The notes beneath the pieces are model-generated. The model saw nothing but the letters and a program-made list of their open reading frames with translations. It had not been told where the DNA came from and searched no databases. Position numbers and translations under genes: made by a program. DNA of 64,000 nucleotides from an uncultured Mycobacteriaceae bacterium (lineage in GTDB: Bacteria; Pseudomonadota; Alphaproteobacteria; DSM-16000; Inquilinaceae): assembly GCA_964406375.1 (NCBI GenBank), contig CAYORM010000006.1, forward strand, positions 14,167 to 78,166, in the 5' to 3' direction. This document shows positions 61,310 to 64,000 of the stretch, one piece after another. The stretch's first letter is position 1. Each line of letters starts with the position of its first letter.

Positions 61310-61987
61310 TCACCGCACCGCATCGGGGTCGAGACGCCAGCCGCCGGCCACCGTCGCGATCGTCGGCACTTCGCCGGCCGCCGCCGCCAGTTTGCGGCGC
61401 AGCCGGTAGACATGGGTCTCGACGGTGTGGGTCGCGACCCCTTCGGCATAGCCCCACACCTCGTCGAGCAGCAGGCCGCGCGAGACCACGCCCCCGCCGG
61501 CCGCGACCAGCCGATCGAGGATCTCCGCCTCTTTCGCGGTGAGCCGCACCACGCGCGTGCCCGCCGCGTCGACCAGCCTGCGGCCGCCCGCATCGAAGCG
61601 CCACCGGCCGAAGCTCTGCAGCGCCCGGCCGCCGCGGGCGCGCAGCCCGTCCCGCAGCAGCGCCAGGAGCGAGGGCAGATGCAAGGGCCGCGCCATCTGC
61701 GCATCGACGCCGGGCGGCGCGTCGGTGTCGCTGCCGATGCGCACGATCGTGCCTTCGACACCGGCGGCGCGCAGACGCGGTGCCAGCGGACCGCCCTCGC
61801 GGTCGATCGCATCGTCGAGGACGGCGGCGGCGATGGGACGGGCGGCGGCGGTCAGCGCGCTGGCGGCGTCGCCCGCCTCGACCACCGGTGGCAGCGTCTC
61901 CTCTGCCGCATCGCCGATCTGCTCGACCAGCAGCGCGCGCAGCACGGGATGCGCGATCGCGAGAAGGATGCACGGCTGTGGCGTCAT
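61310..61987 (-). CDS. OmpR/PhoB-type winged-helix regulator with a degenerate receiver domain
   Basis: Starts at MTPQPCILLAIAHP.. The C-terminal wHTH is ..LTAKEAEILDRLV...G.VVSRGLLLDEVWGY......HTVETHVYRLRRKL.. The receiver lacks the acidic DD pair (ILLAIAHP) and the conserved Lys-Pro (RPLHLP). Confidence 0.7.
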   Translation of the reverse strand: MTPQPCILLAIAHPVLRALLVEQIGDAAEETLPPVVEAGDAASALTAAARPIAAAVLDDAIDREGGPLAPRLRAAGVEGTIVRIGSDTDAPPGVDAQMARPLHLPSLLALLRDGLRARGGRALQSFGRWRFDAGGRRLVDAAGTRVVRLTAKEAEILDRLVAAGGGVVSRGLLLDEVWGYAEGVATHTVETHVYRLRRKLAAAAGEVPTIATVAGGWRLDPDAVR

Positions 61988-62030
61988 GGGGCATATGTAG
62001 CACGATGCTCGGGAGCTCGGGGAAAAGCGC

Positions 62031-62540
62031 GTGATCATCGCCGTGACACCGACGGGCGACGGCCGGACCGGCCTCGCCGATTGGGGCCGCGGCGCGCGGC
62101 GTTGTGCCCTCGGCCGTGGCGGCGTGCGGGTCGACAAACGCGAAGGCGATGGCGCCACGCCGGTCGGCCGGTTTCCGCTGCGACGGCTGTACTACCGGGC
62201 CGACCGCCTGCCACCGCCGCCGACCCTGTTGCCGCGGACAGCGATCGGTCCCGGTCTCGGTTGGTGCGACGATCCCGGCGATCCGGCCTACAACCGGCCG
62301 ATCACCCTGCCCCATTCCGCCCACCACGAGCGGATGTGGCGTGAGGACGCGCTCTACGATCTCGTCGTCGTCATCGGCCACAATGACAACCCGCCGGTGC
62401 CGGGGGCAGGCAGCGCCATCTTCCTGCACCTCGCCCGCCCCGGCTATGCGCCGACCGAAGGATGCATCGCCTTCTCGCGCGAGGACATGCTCGCGCTGCT
62501 CGCCGCCGCCAGTCCGGGCGACCTTGTCGCGATCGGCTGA
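62031..62540 (+). CDS. L,D-transpeptidase (YkuD) family protein
   Basis: ..GSAIFLHLARPGYAPTEGCIAF.. holds the catalytic His and Cys. GTG start. Confidence 0.78.
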   Translation: MIIAVTPTGDGRTGLADWGRGARRCALGRGGVRVDKREGDGATPVGRFPLRRLYYRADRLPPPPTLLPRTAIGPGLGWCDDPGDPAYNRPITLPHSAHHERMWREDALYDLVVVIGHNDNPPVPGAGSAIFLHLARPGYAPTEGCIAFSREDMLALLAAASPGDLVAIG

Positions 62541-62674
62541 GCCCGCCTGCGCCCGGCTTTCGGCGTCCGTCTTTGCACATCCCGCCCCGGCGAGCGCACC
62601 CTGATCGACGGGTCGGCCCGATTCGACCGCCGCCGGTGTGTGCGTTGGGTCCGCCCTTGGACAGGGGGATATCG

Positions 62675-63433
62675 ATGATCAGACGGCACATCCTGCGCCT
62701 GGCCGCAGGCATCGGTGCTGCGGCTTTTCCACTTCATTGCGCCTTCGCTGACAGCAATGCCGCGTCATGGAGCTATGGCGGAGCCGACGGCCCCGACGCT
62801 TGGCACGAGCTGCATCCGGACTTTGCCGCCTGCGCCGCCGAGGGGCAGTCGCCGATCGACCTTGGCGGCGCCCATACTGTCGAACTGCCCCAGCTCGCCA
62901 TCGAGTTCCCCGCGCTCGAGGTGACCGCGGTGCATGCTGGCACCACCCTCCGTGTGGATGCGCCGCCGGGCCAGACGTTGCGCATCGGCGATCGCACCCT
63001 CGCGCTCGAGCAGATCCATCTGCATGCGCCCAGCGAGCATCTGCTGCAGGGCCAGGCCTTCCCGATGGAGGTCCACTTCGTTCATCGCGACGGCGAAGGA
63101 CTCTTCGTCATCGGGGTCCTGGTGGAGGCGGGGGCACCCCACCCCGGCTACACGCCGCTCTTCGACGCGCTCGCCGCCGGACTCGACCGGGACGGCGCGA
63201 CGGCCACCGTCGGGATCGACCTCGAGGCGCTGCTGCCGGAGCAGCTGGACCAGTACTACTGGTACTGGGGGTCGCTGACCACACCGCCCTGCACCCTCGG
63301 AGTCGGCTGGATCGTCCTCGCGACCCCGATCGCCCTGTCACCCCGGCAGATCGGGCAGTTCACGGATGCGTTCTCGCCGAATGCGCGACCGGTGCAGCCG
63401 AGCGGCGCTCACACCGTCCACCGCTCATTCTAG
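62675..63433 (+). CDS. alpha-class carbonic anhydrase, secreted
   Basis: MIRRHILRLAAGIGAAAF.. is a signal peptide. ..WSYGG.DGPD.W.., QSPIDL, ..IHLHAPSEH.., ..EVHFVH.., ..YWYWGSLTTPPC.. are hallmark alpha-CA motifs. Confidence 0.9.
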   Translation: MIRRHILRLAAGIGAAAFPLHCAFADSNAASWSYGGADGPDAWHELHPDFAACAAEGQSPIDLGGAHTVELPQLAIEFPALEVTAVHAGTTLRVDAPPGQTLRIGDRTLALEQIHLHAPSEHLLQGQAFPMEVHFVHRDGEGLFVIGVLVEAGAPHPGYTPLFDALAAGLDRDGATATVGIDLEALLPEQLDQYYWYWGSLTTPPCTLGVGWIVLATPIALSPRQIGQFTDAFSPNARPVQPSGAHTVHRSF

Positions 63434-64000
63434 GCTTCGACCCGCGGTGGCCGTGCCCCTCTCTGCCGCCGGCGTCTGCGCCGGCCGCGGGCCGAACAGG
63501 GCGCTGCCGACGCGGACATGCGTCGCGCCGTAGCGGATCGCCGTCTCGAAATCCTCGCTCATGCCCATGCTGAGCACGGGCAGACCATGGCGGCGGGCGA
63601 TATCGGCGAGCAGGGCGAAATGCAGCGCCGGCGGCTCATCGACCGGCGGAATGCACATGAACCCCCGAACCGGCAGGCCGCATGCCTCGACCGCGTGCCG
63701 CACCATCGCGTCGACGGCGTTCGGCGCGACCCCGGCCTTCTGTGGCTCCTCGCCGGTGTTGACCTGGATCAGGCAGTCCGGCCGGCGACCGGTCTTCACC
63801 ATCGCATCGGCCAGCGCATCGGCGAGGCGCGGCCGGTCGAGCGTTTCGATCACATCGAACAGCGCCACCGCGTCGCGCGCCTTGTTGGTCTGCAGCGGCC
63901 CGATGAGGCGCAGCGACAGGCCCGCAACGGTCTCGAGCCGTGGCCCCGGCCGGCCGGGTGCGGGGTCGGCCCAACGCCGCCGCGCCTCCTGCACCCGATT
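63425..64000 (-). CDS. YggS family pyridoxal-phosphate homeostasis protein (partial; N-terminus lies beyond the window end)
   Basis: ..VQEA..KW.., ..LIGPLQTNKA.., ..LIQVNTGEEPQKAGV.., ..GFMCIPP.., ..LSMGMSEDFETAI..GAT.VRVGSALFG. The reading frame stays open to the window edge. Confidence 0.85.
   Translation of the reverse strand, partial: NRVQEARRRWADPAPGRPGPRLETVAGLSLRLIGPLQTNKARDAVALFDVIETLDRPRLADALADAMVKTGRRPDCLIQVNTGEEPQKAGVAPNAVDAMVRHAVEACGLPVRGFMCIPPVDEPPALHFALLADIARRHGLPVLSMGMSEDFETAIRYGATHVRVGSALFGPRPAQTPAAERGTATAGRSLE

Noticed and set aside
1-64000. CRISPR arrays, IS elements, prophage genes, toxin-antitoxin pairs or defence-system genes
   Set aside because: No spaced direct-repeat arrays were seen; the only tandem repeat is the 15-bp duplication in atpF. 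No transposase, integrase or recombinase was found, nor any nuclease, helicase or methylase combination typical of defence islands. The lone methyltransferase (60193-61140) has no restriction or partner gene.

Overview
Very GC-rich, densely coding chromosomal segment. The split F0 operon atpI-B-E-b'-b and the gene content suggest an alphaproteobacterium. I found no rRNA, CRISPR array, transposase, integrase or phage genes. Many long ORFs in the track are antisense or out-of-frame shadows typical of high-GC DNA, so I kept only frames whose translations show recognisable family motifs.

Left to right:
(1) Heme-uptake locus on the minus strand: hemP, a TonB-dependent heme receptor and hmuS. hemP (58 aa) and the edge-truncated hmuS are both missing from the ORF track. 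A Fur-like box lies upstream.
(2) Two lipoproteins, tRNA-Arg(CCG) and three tiny DUF-type genes.
(3) A roughly 15 kb carbohydrate or sugar-acid island: a CUT2 ABC transporter with a fused double permease, a Gfo/Idh/MocA oxidoreductase, a galactonate-dehydratase-like enolase, DUF4432, an SDR, a split transketolase, a LacI regulator and TRAP dctPQM. These units are tied together by a repeated ATGTTACCGGTATC operator.
(4) An 8-gene minus-strand operon. It holds the five enzymes of the gamma-butyrobetaine/L-carnitine to glycine-betaine route, plus an unassigned module (a GcvT-like aminomethyltransferase and two tandem COG1233 flavoproteins).
(5) A BetI-like TetR regulator, a PotD/ABC-type importer, a class-III aminotransferase and a Rieske oxygenase. 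A second palindrome, TTGAAYG-NN-CATTCAR, links three promoters here, including the operon in (4).
(6) A Cys-rich four-helix-bundle protein, a bicupin, IclR, a peptide ABC system with a permease-ATPase fusion, and an M42 peptidase.
(7) An ABC-ATPase/hydrolase/CueR operon, then small redox genes and a DUF1611/epimerase pair.
(8) The F0 ATP synthase operon, xthA, a methyltransferase, an atypical OmpR-type regulator, an L,D-transpeptidase, an alpha-carbonic anhydrase and a partial YggS gene.

The best candidate for something new is the GcvT + 2x COG1233 module embedded in the carnitine operon, together with the quaternary-amine regulon defined by the palindrome. All functional calls come from my reading of the translations and recalled family motifs. 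No database search was run.
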